64,000 nucleotides of DNA from Eledone cirrhosa (GCA_964016885.1 OZ024742.1:208568001-208632000), one strand, 5' to 3'; numbered from the stretch's first letter, positions 27,665 through 42,800 are shown. A program made the numbers and translations. Notes: generated from the sequence alone by a model not told the origin.

Positions 27665-27828
27665 TATAAAATAACAGGAGGCTGGATTGGTGTAAATCCT
27701 GGAAAGGTTTATTATACTATGATCATTTCAATGACCGGGTTCAGTATGAATCCGGTAAATGAAATGATCAAAGTATAATACACCTTTCAAGGATTTACAC
27801 CTGTCCAGCCTCCTGTTATTTTATAATA
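27662..27828. repeat. Imperfect fold-back (~80-bp arms) containing the 3' half of a hammerhead
   Basis: tataaaataacaggaggctgga / tccagcctcctgttattttata; arms contain GAAA-tgatca-TA-gtat (intact in the minus-strand arm). Confidence 0.7.
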
Positions 27829-27971
27829 ATTATCTCCGTACTCGCACCACCAACTTCACAAACGAAGACGGCTGAGTCGCATTACGTTGAGTGCTCTCCA
27901 TAATATTACATAGAGTTTGACCATACGGAATGACCAATCCTATCCAATGGTGAACCAACAGACCTAAATAA

Positions 27972-28323
<352 letters not shown>

Positions 28324-29360
28324 AGCAAATATAAATATCCCTAACCTCTACAAACTTTACATATCAGTTCACATGATATTTTCTTTTTATTTGCAATTTG
28401 TTCTTGTTTCATAACATTACCGCTTCAGTTATGTTTTCTCCTTTCTCATTTCTGCTCTCAACTTTAAAAAATAATATAAGGTAAAATAAAATAGTTTAAA
28501 AAAATGAAACGAACAGAAATAAAAGATAAATATATATATATATATCCATCATTTTGTATATCATTCCATTTACATTATCTGACCACGCTTCCAACACTTT
28601 ATTTATTTATTCATTCATTCATCTATTCATATATTCATTGAGTTTGGATTCTTACGTACTTTTTCATCGCGCAGGAGAAAGAATAGAAAAAGGAATTGTC
28701 AGAAGAACAAGCAACTAAATGCAAGCCGAAATACATTCGGTATACACTAACTACGTTGCTGTTGTACTAGAAATTCACTCTCACGCACCAGGCTTAACGT
28801 GCGTTTTTATACTCAATTCCCAATCTTTTCTGTAAATTAGTTTCCCCGAAGCCAATGATGTGTAAGTGTGATCCAGTAGTAGAAACGGTTTTCAAAGAGA
28901 TATGCAAATAAATAAATATACAAATAGGTAAAGAAATTTATCCTCATTGAGTCTAACTAACGAACTACTGAAGGAAGGTAAAACATTCTACTCGGTAGTT
29001 GAGGTGTCAAGAGTTGCAGCTGATGAACTCCTTACTAAGAGTTGAAGTGTCAGCAAGAGGTCATGCTATGACGATCAGTCTTAACGGAGATTCATGCACC
29101 ACAGCTTAAGGTTGAAATTTCTTGCTTCATATGAGACAGCGTATTAACCTAAACGATCAAATGCGTACTTGTGTGCATTCAGACGTGGCATTATTATCAA
29201 GACTAAGGATAATTTTAAACTTAAAATGCCTCTGCAACAAACCTAATAATTTTGTCAGTCAAATAAGCAGCCCCATAATTTGTTAACCCAAACACACACA
29301 CTATTCCACCCACATACACAAACTGGCATATCCCTCAGATTCCCATCTCTCTCTCCCCTC

Positions 29361-29441
<81 letters not shown>

Positions 29442-29929
29442 CCATTCCAGATCTCACAGTCGTCAAAAATGTTGGAAATCCTGATCTCACTGACGGCTTT
29501 CACATCCAATATATAGTGACCTGATGTCATTCAGCAAGTAACCTTGCATACTCTTATGATAGCCATGATGACTGCTGAATTAAAAGAGTAAAAGAGGGTG
29601 GGCTCCTTACCCTTCGGATGCTGTTGGAGATCGGATGAATCGACCACCATATTTGCTGGGTTTTCCTTTGGAAACCCCTTTAAAAGTCTACAGGGGGCTC
29701 TTAAATTAGGGGTCCCATATCATGCGGGTAACTATCCCTAATGATTTTAAATGTCCCTATTGCTATTCGCAAGTGGGTGCTGGTGGGAAACATCTGCTTC
29801 TCTCCCTCTCTTACTTCGTGCTATGAGCCATCACTTCTTTCTTGGCCCTTCTTACTAGCTCCAAGTATGGTGTAGTTGATTGTTGTTTGATTTTGTGTGT
29901 TCGTAAGTTTTGTCTTCTTTGTGGGTTGG

Positions 29930-30526
29930 TTAAGCAGTGGTACCCGGCGTTGCACGGGATAAGGTATTGTAAATATATAACCGCCTTAGCTAAGCTTAGT
30001 ATTGCCACAACCACGACTGACAAAGAAGTAAGGGTCTGGTGGTACGTAAGTAAGCAACAATGTGGCTTAAAACACGAGGAAGAGGTTGTGTGCACTTACC
30101 AACTGTTTGGGGGAATGAATGTGAGATTTGTTTTGAGCAAGGGTGGCGGAATAACCGGAGGCAGCAGACAGTCAGACATACAGACAGATATTATAAGGGC
30201 GCGTTCTGGATGCAGAGCGAATTGTAGTAAGTGACGTAATGCAGACAGCTAGACATACAGACATATATTATAAGGCCACGATATTATATGTATGTATCTA
30301 TCTAAAAAGAGAAAGACTAAGAATTATAGAGAGAGATCGCTAAATCGCCTAATGCGGTCCATAGGGCATGGGAAATTTGAAATGTTGTTTGCTCAAAACA
30401 CTCCCAGAAACATAAGTATTACATGTGTTAAGTTTGAAAACAGTCGGTTGGATGCTTCTATAGTTTGAGGGATTCAAACTCACACACACACACAGACAGA
30501 CAGCCTCAGTTTTATATATAGAGAGA
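29930..30526 (-). mobile_element. Non-autonomous Helitron-like element
   Basis: Minus strand starts A|TCTCTCTATATATAAAA at 30526; 3' hairpin cccgtgcaacgccggg at 29943-29958 followed by a degenerate CTRR. Confidence 0.5.
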
Positions 30527-30869
30527 TTATAAGCGAGATCTTGTTATGGTAGCTAGGGAGATCTGTTAGAAATAGCAGCTTAATCTACTAAAAATATTGA
30601 CAAAATCTATTTCAAATCACAGCCAACAATCTTACACACACACACACACGCGCGCGCGCACTCACATACATGTGTGTGAGTGTGTGTGTGTGTGTGTAAG
30701 ACATGGATGCCACTATAACTGTTAGTGTAGCTAAAAGAAACATAAAACAAATCTCCCTCACACAAGATCCTACTGCCATAGAAGCAAAATTTAATGAAAG
30801 CTACAGTGCAAAAATTAAAATACCCCAGTCTCTGCCGCACTTCGGGCCAAGGAGAGTAAACTCTCCAAG

Positions 30870-31085
30870 TATTGGTCGCTCTCCGACAGGTTTGTCGTCG
30901 AGCCAGTAGCAGTGGAAACTCCTGGTGTCCTTAGCCCTAGGGCCACATCCCGTCTCTCCTCCATCGGCACAGATTTGGCTACCTGTAGATGTGAGCCTCG
31001 TATGAATGGCTCTTGGAATGGCTTTTCCAGCGCGTCTCCCTCACCAACCGCCGCCGAAACGCTTCTATCCTGTCCGCTGGGGCCG
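30870..31085 (+). pseudogene. CRE-like LINE 3' end fragment
   Basis: PVAVETPGVL...WLFQRVSL; homologous to 43330-43510 (minus). Confidence 0.6.
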
Positions 31086-32084
31086 CAAGGCGGCCAGTGC
31101 GTTGGCACCCATTTGCTCATAATAGAAGGAGAGTACGGGAAAGACGGAGGAATGACATTGGGTGTTTGGTTCCTGGTGTATATTTATATATTTATTTTCC
31201 ACCCTTACACACATTTAAATAAACTTTTTCTAAATTACAGTAATGAGTAAGTAAATTCTTCATTCATTCATAAACCATTGCTAAAATTAATTTTATATTT
31301 TATTTATGTTTTTTTAAATAGGTTCTGATTGTGCCAAAAAAAAGAAATAGGATAAAGAAAAAAAAATCTAATATTTGTTTGGCCATGCCCTTTTCACTGA
31401 CAACATACCTAATGATTCTTTCATTATATGTGCTGACTGTAATAGGGAGCAATATTTAAAAAATCACCACTGGAAGTAAATTTATAATATATTTATGTAC
31501 ATGATTTACTTTGAACAAACGGCAATAAATATTCTGCTATAATTCCTACTTTAGCTAAAATTCAGCAATCACATTTCAATGGTCAAATATTTTGTAATAT
31601 ATGCCAACTATATTGTAACTTTAATAAAATACTCAGGAATCATTGGGTAGCTCAGTTAGTTCTGTAGCCATTTTGGGTTTCGCTTTATGTTCTTCATGAC
31701 GTTGTGTCAAATAATTGCAAAGAATATCAATTTGAAAATTAATCCACATTTTGTTCCTGGAGTTAACTTTTTTTTAAAAGCTACAACCTGATTCTGATAT
31801 TCGGTTGAAGGAAATTTGAGGGTCTGTGTTATCTTTTAATGTTCAAAACTCTACATTTAGTTTAACACTTGCTATGTTCTAATGGCAATTATGATATAGA
31901 TGGATTAAACATATACATGTACTTCAACACAGGAATTTTTTATGTTATATATGTGAAACCAAAGATACACACGAATACATACATGTATTTACGTGTACAT
32001 AGGTATTTTTTTCTTTATAGAATCAATCAAATTAGGATACACTCAGGTTCAAACTACATTTACACCAGAAATATAATAATATTG

Positions 32085-35000
32085 ATGATGATGATAATAA
32101 TACTTTATTTATTAACCACAAGGGTTTACATAAAGTAGACATTATGGACAGTACAGGACCATACAGGACGGTACAAATGAGCATTTCTGCGTGTAAAAAA
32201 ACAAAAACAGAGGATGTAACAAGAAAAAACAATGAAACATTCCCCGATAGGGGACATTTGTGGAGAAAGCCCATTAAAATGCCACAGTGACCCTGACCAC
32301 CAGGGCAAGTGCCCTCTCCCAGTTTTCCACCTTTAATTTACAGAAACATACTCAGAGTAGGCCCATTCACTCGGGCCATTCTCGCTTCTCTCACCCATCT
32401 TTCAACAAAATGCTGGGAAGAGAGCACATCCCTCTCTACCCTGATTTTCCTTTTCAAATGAAATTTGAAAAAGTTAATCAGGGCATGACCGAAGAGGTAA
32501 GTGCCCGCTTCAGCCCTTTCAAACGTGTCCACCATACTATCTCTTTCGCCATGGCCACCAGACAGATCAAAACTGCCTGCTCTTCCCGGCTAAAGGAAGA
32601 GGGCGGGGCAATCCTCACGATGGACTCAGCTGATAGCCGGATCCATCCTACACTCGACAGCAGGTGTTCGACATAAACCCACAAGTCAGCAATGCTCGGA
32701 CATTGGACGAGTGCATGCAGGACGGTTTCGTCGCCCTGCGCGCATCTCGGACATGCCCGGCACCTCCATGCCTGTAGAGTTTATCCCGAACTGGCAAAGC
32801 TCCTCGGTAGCACTGACAGGCCAGGGATTTCTGGAAGTTGTCCATAGGCCCAGGCCCAAAAGTTCTTCCGAAGAGATTGGCTAATTGATTTTCGTCGACG
32901 CCTAAAGTTTCCCCAAGTACGTCGACACTCTTCCCCTCCACTAATCCTCTATAGAACGCCGAGGTGGAGTTTCCACCGATCACATTGTCCGATTGGTCGA
33001 GGGCTGAGAGCGCCTGAAGACATTCCAGTCTCCAAGCGCTCCCTCTCGGTCTTCGCTTGACCCAGGACTGCAGCTCCGTCAAGGAGACGAGCTGGGAAAA
33101 GACGCCTCTACCAAACGGCGACCACACCTGATCACCGTCGAGGAAGAGGTGGAGATGTAGCTTGAGCGCGTGTCTGCGAATCATCAGCCACGGCATTCCC
33201 AGCCCTCCACGTAGCGTGTGTTGACAGCAGATGGACCACCTGACAATCGGAGCCCGTCCCTTCCACAAAAAGCGAAAGTGCAAACGCTCCAGCGCAGTCA
33301 GGCGGGGGCTTAGGACAAGGTATGATGCTCAGGCGGTAGTAGATGTCGGACGCGGTGTACGCGTTAGCCACCTCTGCTCAACCTTTCAGGGATAGCTTCC
33401 TCTCCGCCCATTTCTTGGTGAGAGAAGCCACCCTGCTCGTCACCTCGTCCCAGATTTTGTCCGTATGGAGGTCCGAACCAGACCTTTAGCAATTTAACCG
33501 GTCCGTCCGTCCAGCGCTCGACGACGCTGTTGGACGGCATTGTCCTGCCTCTCAAGGTGGGTGCCGAGCTGCAGGCCCACTGACTCTTCCTGGTTGATCA
33601 TTGCTCCTGTCACCGCTTCGTATTCTCTTAGTGTAGTGCAGATTGCCTCGATGTGTTTGGCATTCGACACCACTACGGTGACCCCCCCCTCAACGTCTCC
33701 AGTTTGTGCAGTAATGGCTCGAGAGTCAATAAGTACAAGAGGGACGAGAGGGGTCATCCTTGGCGGACCGAGCGCATGATGTTGAACGGTTCCAAAAGAT
33801 GATCGTTCACTCTCACCACAGAGCAGATGTCACTGTGCATGGCAGCGATCCAGCCTCTGAAGACGGGCCCAAAGCTAGCCGCCCTAGGGACTGCCGCTAG
33901 GTAACGATGGTCGACCCTATCGAAAGCTTTCGACTGATCTAAATTGATCAAGGACCCACCCGTGCCAGGTTCCCTAGCTACCCTCTCTACGATGTATCGC
34001 ATGAGGTGGAGGTTGTCGTGGATGGATCTGTCGGGATTGGCGCATGTCTGCGCTTCTCCCACCAGACCACTAACGACAAGCGCCAACTTCTTTGCTAGCT
34101 ACTTGGCCAAAATCTTTAACTCTGTGTTTAGCAGAGTTATGGGCCTGAAATTATCTATGTTATCCCCCTTGTTCGGATCCTTTCTAAGCAGCGCCACCGC
34201 TCCTCGGCTCACAGAGCTGGGAATTCTCCCGTTCTGTTGCCAGTTGCAGTAGACGTCCGCCAAGAGGCCTCCGAACAAGTCTGGCATCTGTACGTAAAGT
34301 TCATAGGAAAGACCATCCAAACCAGGCGATTTACCCCATGTGCAGCCAGTCATTGCCTCCCGTACTTCAGCGGCCCGTTATCGACTTTTCGCAACACTCT
34401 TTCTCAGTGGCCGAGAGCCGCGGCAGTCCGTCAAGGTAGACACTAAAGTTCATCCCTCGACTCGGCCCACCGCTGCCCCCGAACAGCTGAGCGAAGTGTC
34501 GCTGTAAAGCTTCACACATTTCCCCGGGATCGAATAGCATGCGCCCGTCGTGGTCCACCAAAGAGCGGATCGAGGCTTTATTGCCACGACGCGCCTCCGC
34601 CACTCGAGCCCATCGAACGGCTTTCGTCCCCTCGTGTTTGAGAGCACGCACCCTAGCTCTGACAACGCAGCTTTCGTGCTTTGCATTGAAGAATTGGTCA
34701 AGGGCCAATTTCGCCGCAAGTACGTCGGGCGCGATGCATTTGCTAAGCGCCTCGTCTAATTTTCTAACTAGTTCTCCCTCTGCTCCATTTTTCTCTATTG
34801 CTAAAGCCTTACTAAACCTAATGGACGCTATTCTAATCGCTCTTTTCAGAGCAAACCACCACTTGTTCTTGACGATGGGCACCGTCAACGCCCGCTTAAC
34901 TAGTTCGCTAATCCGGTCTCTGTAGGCCTTGGGCGCTGGTAAGGACGCGTTTAGCTTCCAGTAGCCGGGTCCTCGTCTATGAAGCCTATCTAAGTCAAGC

Positions 35001-37310
35001 ACACAGATCATGAATTTGTGGTGCGTGTAGCTGACTATCTTGAATTGTGGACAGCCTATGCTAGACCTATCTATTTCCTTACAAATTACTCTATCTAGAT
35101 ACGATCTGGATGACCATATGCGGTTTGTCCAAGTCCACATTGGCACATTCGGAAAATCCAATCGGTACCTGTCAGACAGTTCAAAACACCTGAGGAGGGT
35201 GATGAGGCTCTTGCACCATGCTTCCCTATCCGCTAATTCCACACTACATCTATGTTTAGTGATGGCCACTACATCTATGTTTAGTGACCTGAGGTCGTTG
35301 AGCAGGTGGCTCTGCTTCCATGACGGCCCCAGGCCCCGCACATTTATGCTGCCTGTTCTGAGTGAGGTCATGTTGAAATGGAGTGGAAAAAGATGGGAAA
35401 TACCACTTACGTCACTTCTCGTAGGGGGGAGGCGTTCCAGCCTTCTCACTGCTTGTGGCCTCCTCCGGAAAGTTGTCCTTATAAATCCTCCTGGAGAGTG
35501 TTTATTGGAAGTCTCCGATGTCCTTGGCGAATTTTTGTTTTAGTGTCGTGTACATTTTCTGTGTGATGCGCGTTATTTTTATGTGTGGAGGTGTTGTGAA
35601 TTTTTTGGTTGTTGTGTAGTCTTTTTCTGTGATGCTGGTGTTGTGTTGGATCTAGTGTAATAATTGGTTGTTGTTCAAATTTAATGCTGTGTAGTGTGTA
35701 TCGTTTTGGTTGGTTTGTTTTGTTTGCATTTGTTGTGGGTTTATTTTCTGTTTTGCTTTCTGGTGACTTTTCTGGTGTTGGTGATGATGGTTTGGTGTTA
35801 ATGATGGTGTTGGTGTTTGTGGTGATGGGGTTGGTGATGCTGGTGTGGATGGTGGCATAGCTGTCTTAACTTTTTAATTTGTTTCCCCCTGCATTTTGTT
35901 TTTGTAAGGGGAGGAAGGGGATTTTTTCTTTTTTGGCTTCTTTTTATTTTTTTATTTTTTCCCGATACCGTTTCCCACTCCTCGTCGTCACAATCTGTCT
36001 CCAGTTGTGATAGGTCGGGGAGTGGAAAATCTTCCAAAGGCGTTGGTTTTGGTTGTGGCGTGGTGGATGGTGTAGGCGCTGGTGCTAATTATGGCGCGGT
36101 GGGTGGTTGTGGTGTTGCTTTTGCTACTGTTGCTGGGGTTGTTGCTGCTACAGTGTCGTTTGTTGTTGCTGCTACAATTGTTTCTGCCATTTCTGCTGCT
36201 AGTTGTGTCACTGGGGTGGGTAAGAGAGGTGGCCTCAACTTTTTAGCTTGAGGGCAGAAAGCCTTTAGGTGGGTTCCTTTACCACAAACAACACACCTAG
36301 GCCTTCAACCCTCAACGATTACGGTGAGGTGCTGCCGTCATTGAGGTCTATCACCTCTGGAATTTCTTCAGTGGTTTTCTGGTCCGCTGGGATCAGGAGC
36401 TCCATCCCAGATCCGGACCAGTTCACTTGCTTTTCTTTTATTACTTCAATTATGTTCGTGTTGGCTTCGATGCGGGCGAGGACGGCAGCCATTAGCCAGG
36501 GAATTTCGATGGCCGGTGGAATGTGGGTCACCCTGATCTTCACGAGTCTCTGCCCACAATAGCTTGGGACGAGTGTGAAGTCGTCTCTTCTTAAAGGGGC
36601 CATGGAGTGCTCTCTGGCTCCCTGTGGTGTCCCAAAGAACACGTCCACGGTTCCATATTTCTGCCCACGTCTGACGTGGGTTTTTTTCGCCCACACATGT
36701 CCCAAAGCTTTTTGTATTTGGGAGTCGGATGCCCGTTCTACTCGGCGTGATTTTGTCTTTATCGTCTGCTGTGACACGGTGCATAGGCGCCGATGCTCCA
36801 TTTTATAAGATGTGGAGGGGGTGGGAGGCGGTGGGACTGACCCTGTACCCATCTTTTTTTACCATTCGCCTGGCTTCATTTAATTCATCCTGGCTTACCT
36901 CGATTGTTTCGCTTTTCTTGGCTGCTTTGGCAAACGACACATTTTGTTTCGCGCTGGTGTTGATGTTGTTATTATTCTCATTGGTGTTGATGGCGTCAGT
37001 GGTATTCGGCGTGGAAGAGTCGATTCTAGGTGAATCAATTTCGATGTCACGAGATAATAATTTTTTTTTTTTTGTTTCTGTTGTCGCTGTGGTGGTGGTG
37101 GGCGTGCAGTTATTGGTATTGGCGGGAAATGAATGTCTACATGTGACAAATTTAAATTATTGCCAATGCTTTTTTTTTTAGTGTTGGCAACCGTAGTAAT
37201 ATTTACAATGGTGGTGTTGGTGTGAGGTGTTAGGTTGTGAGGAAGGCTGACAGCTTCGTGTTGCTGTGAGCCGTCCATGTTTTTTTGAAAGAAAGTTTTG
37301 ATAATCATGT
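32085..37310 (-). mobile_element. Near full-length, frameshifted L1/Tx1-like LINE (ORF1 plus ORF2)
   Basis: ORF1 with CCHC knuckle CVVCGKGTHLKAFC (~36255-36296); ORF2 GSINVRG, SYLDR, GPGYWKLN, KSPGLDGL, FRPITLLN, LDQSKAFDRVDH, SVRQG, LPVRDKL; 3' aataaa plus (att/atc)n tail. Confidence 0.9.
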
Positions 37311-37479
37311 TTGATAATCATAAAAGTTTTAATTTTCGGTTCTGAGTTTCCTTTTCAGAAAGCAATATATGTGAACTTATAAACACTTAACAACATAACT
37401 TTTCAATAACTGGCAATTTGAAACAACTGAAAACAACAAACCTTTTCGGAGCTCAAAATAATATGATTTCCTACTGGAA

Positions 37480-39115
37480 CAAATATACGGCCATTGAGGA
37501 AATGAATGCTGACGGGCTAGGACAATATTTGGTTGATATCCTGAAGTTAGTGGTAGATGAAATGAACAATGATAGTCGAAAACCTATGAACCTAAGATTT
37601 GTAGACAGGAAAAAGTTAAAAGAAACAACAGCTAAGGTAAACAAAGTCATCCCATACCTTGAGGCGAGGAGCCTTCACCAGTGCAACAATATCCTCAAAG
37701 CAACAGCAAATGCGGTGAGGAAATTACTTGGCATAGCCACGAGAGGAAAGAACAAACAAGAAAGATCAGAACCTTGGTGGAAGAAACGACTGAATTTTCA
37801 AATCAGGGAAATGAGAAATGACATTGTAAAGCTTGAGTCCTTACTGAATGGGACATTACAAAACATAGACACTAAACATAGATTGGACATAGAGTACAAA
37901 GCTAGGGGAAAAAACTAAATATTATCATAGAGGAACTGCAGCAACACATTTTAGCAAAAGGTGCAAAGATTAGGCGGTATGAGAACAGACTCAGTAAGAA
38001 TAGACAGAACTGCATCTTTGACAACAACCAGATGTTGTTTGGACAGCTTGAAGGGAAAGAAAGAGGCAACGACTTGATCCCTGAGGCAGAACAGACTAAG
38101 ACATTATGGAGAGGAATATGGGAGCAGGATGTTGAACATAGTAGTCAAGCAGTCCGGATTGAGACAGTTCAAAAGGTGATTAGTGAACAAGCACACCAAC
38201 AATCTGATTTGAGTATCACAGTTGAAACTCTTAAAGGGCAGGCCAAAAGACTAACCAACTGGAAATCACCAGGCCCAGATGTTGTGCAAGGGTATTGGAT
38301 TAAAAATATAACATCCCTCCACCCGGAACTGACAGCCATGTTCAATGACTGCTTGATGTCAGGTGAGGAACCAGAGTGGATGACAAAAGGTACCACAGTT
38401 CTGGTAATGAAAGACCGAATCAAGGGTAATGATGTTACCAACTATAGACCTATCACAAGTCTGTCCGTAATGTGGAAACTGTTAACAAGCATTGTGTCTG
38501 AGGAAATCTAACATCACCTCCACATAAACAACTTGTTACCGGACGAACAGAAAGGATGCCGAAAGAAGTCCCGTGGTTCAAAAGACCAGTTAATTATTGA
38601 TAAGATTGTAATGAGGAATTGCAAGAGGAGACACACTGGTCTTGCCGTGGAATGGATAGATTACAAAAGGGCATTCGACATGGTACCTCATTCTTGGATA
38701 ACCAAAAGCCTAGAGATATTCAGGGTGGCAGATAACATCAGATAGTTGTTGAGCAAAAGTATGAAGTCCTGATAAACAGAGTTAACAACGGGTGGAGACT
38801 CCTTGGGAGGCTTGAAGATCAAGAGAGGTATCTTCCAGGGAGATAGTTTGTCCCCTCTGCTGTTTGTCTTTGCCTTGATACCCCTGACCGTTATATTGCG
38901 AAAAGTGAGAGCGGGATACAAGTTAAGAAAAGGAGAGCTTACCATCAACCACCTCTTCATGGACGATCTTAAACTCTTTGGGAAGAGTGAGAAGGAGATG
39001 GAAATACTTGTTGACTCTGTCCGTATTTTCTGCAATGATATATGTATGGAATTTGGTATTAATAAGTGTGGAGTCCTAGTGATGAGAAGGGGTAAATTGA
39101 GCAGAAGCAACGGAA
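37480..39115 (+). pseudogene. R4/Dong-clade non-LTR retrotransposon RT fragment
   Basis: [68 protein letters not shown]; several stops; ends abruptly. Confidence 0.85.
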
Positions 39116-42100
39116 TCCGTGAAAATTGGCCCGAAACCAACCTCCTCGAGGACTGCCGCCAGGTACCGGTGGTTGAACCTATCAAATGCCTTAGATTGAT
39201 CTAAGTTGATCAGAGCTCCACCTGTGCCAGGTTCCTTAACCACCTTCTCTACGATATATCGCATGAGGTGGAGGTTATCGTGGATGGATCTGTCCGGAAT
39301 GGCGCATATCCGAGCCTCTCCCAACAGATTAATTATCTCGTTGCTAACACCTTGGCCAAAATCTTGAAATCTGAGTTTAACTGAGTTATGTGTCTGAAGT
39401 TGTCTATAACGTCCCCTTTGTTCGGGTCTTTTCTCAACAGCGCCACCGCTCCCCGGCTCACAAAACTGGGAATGCGCCCGTTCTGCTGCCAGTTGCAGTA
39501 GACATCTGCCAAGAGGTTGCCGAACATTTCTGGCATGTACGCATAAAGCTCGTAGGGTAGACCACCCAAATCTCGCGATTTACCCCTCGGGCAATCAAAC
39601 ATCGCTTCCTGTATTTCACCTGCCGTTATCGGCTTTTCACAATACTGCACTGCAGTCGTCGAGAGTTGTGGCAGTTCCTCTAAGTATGCACTGAAGTTCA
39701 TAGTCCGATCTTTCCCACCGCCGCTACAAACAATTGAGCAAAGTGTTGCTGAAAAGCCTCACACGTCTGCTCGAGTACAATGCGCCTGTTTTGGTCAGAC
39801 AATTATTGAATTGTGGATTTGTTGCCACGTCGCGATTCCACCACCCGGGCCCATTGGACAGCTTTTGTCTTTTCTAGCTTTCTAACTAGCTCTCCATCTA
39901 CTCTATTTTCCTCTATCCTTACTCCTTTACTAAACCTTATCGATTCTACTCTAATTGCCCTTTCCAGGGTAAACCACCACATGTTGTTGACGAAAGCACC
40001 CGTCAATGCACACTTAACTAATTCGCTTATCTGGTCTCTGTGAGCTTTGCGCGATCTGAAAGACGTGTTCACCTCCAGTAACCGTGTCCTTGCCAGTGAA
40101 GTCTATCTAAGTCAACTTCAGAGATCACAAGTTTGTAGTCGACTACTTTATATTGTGGACAATCTACGCTAGACATATCTGTTTTCCTACAGAATAGACT
40201 ATCTAGATACGATCTGGACGACACGATGCTGTTTGCCCATGTCCACATTGGTACATTCGGATAATCCAGTCGATAACTGTCAGACAGCTGAACTTGTCTG
40301 AGCAGGTTGATGATGCTTTTACATCCTCCTCTCTTATGTATCAGCCCCACATAATCCCAGCGGGCATCTAAGATAACGTTCCAGTCGCCCGCTAACACTA
40401 AAGAGCGGGACGTTCCCAGGAAGGTCCCTAGACGTCTGAAGAAATCTGGCCGTCCTGCCACTGTTGAGTCATAGACAGCTACTAGCCTGAAAGCATTGCC
40501 TTCGCTGCTGGTTACATCCAGTACCACCGACTTACCTTCTGGGTCCAGGAAGATGACCCGTATTGCGAGATCCAAGTCTCTCCGAAAAAGCACAGCAACT
40601 CCTCCCCCCGCTACCGGATATCTGGGAGATGCGTATACATCGTAGCCACCGAAGATCGGTACGAAGTCTCGTGCTTCGGAAATTCTGGTCTCACTGTGTT
40701 TAGTGACCTGAGATCGTTAAGCAGGTGGCCCTGCTTCCAACATGACCCGAGGCCACGCACATTTATACTGCCTATTCTAAGTACGGTCATGTTGGATGAG
40801 GAACGGGGTAAGTGTGAAAGGATCACTTACCTTGATCGTGTCGTAAAGGGACTGTAGAACCGTCCCTTTGGCTGGTCATGTGTGTCTCCAAGATGATGTG
40901 GGTGTATCCCCTCTTTGCAAGCGACCCTCATAAATCTCCAACTGTGTTGGGGAATTTTTCTTTTTACAGTTTATAATGTTCTATTTTAATTTCAATAATT
41001 TAATATTTTTCGGGAATCTTCTTGGTGTTGGTAGGGTGTAGTAATTTTTGTCTTTGATGTCTGTGATCTGCTTTATATGTTGTAAGAGTTCTTGATTTCT
41101 CATGTTTATGGCTGTGTAATGTTTATGGGGGGGGGGGGGCTGTTTTCTTGTTGCTGCTGTTGGATATGTTTGTCTTGTTCTGTTTGTGATGTTGGTATTT
41201 GTGGTGATGCTGGTGGTGGTATGGTTGTTGTTAGTGGTGAGGCTTGTGGTGGTGATGGTGATGGTGAGGGTGTTGCTGCAAGTCGTCTTGCAGCCTTTAC
41301 CCCTCTTTGTTTGCCTTCGTTTTTGGAGGGTGAAGCTAAGTGGTTCTTTGTTTTTTGTTTTTTGTTTTTTGTTTTTTGTGGCAGACCTTTTGCCACTTCA
41401 CTCCCGCCTAGATGACGGATTCCGTGGCGTCTGGGTATGTGTTCCACTGCTGTTGGTGGTGGTAGTGAAGCCCTCTCCGGCGATTTTGTTGCTGGCACAG
41501 CTAGTGCAAATGTAGCTAGTGGTGTTGCTGCCACGGTGTCGATGTTTTAGTTGTCCGTGGGCTTGGTTTAGCTACCACGGACGTTGCCCTCCTACTCACC
41601 ATGGAAGTGTCTGCTGCCTTTGTTGCCTGCCCTGCTCTTGGTAGCAGCGGCCAGGTATCGGAAGGAGGGGAGAGGGCTTCTTCTTCGCTATCTCCTGCGG
41701 GCAAAAGGCCCTCAGGTGACCCTTTGACCCACAGAGATAACATTTTGGGCGCATTCTTCCACTCTTATAGGGAGTTAGAGTTCTTCCTCGAGGTATATGA
41801 TATCGGGGATAGCCTCGATACACTCATGGCCAGTTTGTATTAGCATTTGCATGCCTATACCTGACCAGTTCTCTCTCACTATATTCCGTACTTGCAGCAT
41901 GGTGGTCTTGTCCTCGATTCCAGCAAGGACAGACGCCTAGTTATGGGCACATCGGGCGGGATCTGGGTCACTTTGACTCTAACAATTTTCAGTAAGAAGG
42001 CACCAAGTCTATCTCCTCACTCTTTAGTGTTACCAAAGAGTGAGACTTCGCCTCCGGGGAGGGGGTGGGAGGCAAAACGTACGTCTACTGTGGAATATTT

Positions 42101-42800
42101 TTTGCCTCGGGTGATGTCGGTTTTGCCCGCCCAGACGCACCCCAATGCCTTTTGGGATTTGAGTCTGTTGCATGGATGGAGGTTTCAGGTAGAATCGATT
42201 GGCATTTCTCTTCACCATGGCCCTTGCGACTGCCATCTCCTCCTCCGTGACTAGCACTGTTTCGACATTGTGGGCTACACTTGCAAAAAAGTGGTCCCTT
42301 TTTCAGCGGCACCACTATTGCTGCCGCTACTGATATTGATGTCATTGTTGTTGTTTTCGTTTGTACTGTTGCTGCTGCTGTTGTTGTCATTGGTGTTGTT
42401 TTCGTTGATACTATTGCTGCTGTTACTGTCGTTGTGGCTGTTGCTATTATTGTTGTTTTTGTTGATACTGTTCCCATTGTTATTGGCTTTCTCGACCCCA
42501 TCGCTGTTATTTTTTTCTTGCTGTTGCTATTGGTGGTGTTGTTGTTGGTGTTGTTTGTGTTAGTATTATTTGGTATTTTTAAATCTGTAACAATATCATT
42601 AAAAAAGTTATTGTTTCTCTTTTCCTTCGTAATATTTTCTTTTGTATTCAGCTTCGCTAAACGCTGTATTGTTGACATATTGACAAAGTCTCCCTCTCTC
42701 TGAGTTGTCTCACAGCGCTCTCTCTCTCTTTTGTGTTATCCATGTTTGTACGTAATTTTGTTCAAATAAATTTTTACATAATACTACACCCTTAAAGGGG
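39116..42800 (-). mobile_element. L1/Tx1-like LINE copy lacking its 3' half
   Basis: ORF1 CYLCGSKGHLRAFC; ORF2 GSINVRG, AGDWNVIL, SYLD, LDQSKAFDR; stops at the R4 fragment. Confidence 0.85.

Noticed and set aside
29014-29056. CTGATGA-actc..gagt-tgaagtgtc hammerhead look-alike
   Set aside because: GAAA absent and stem I does not close at the junction
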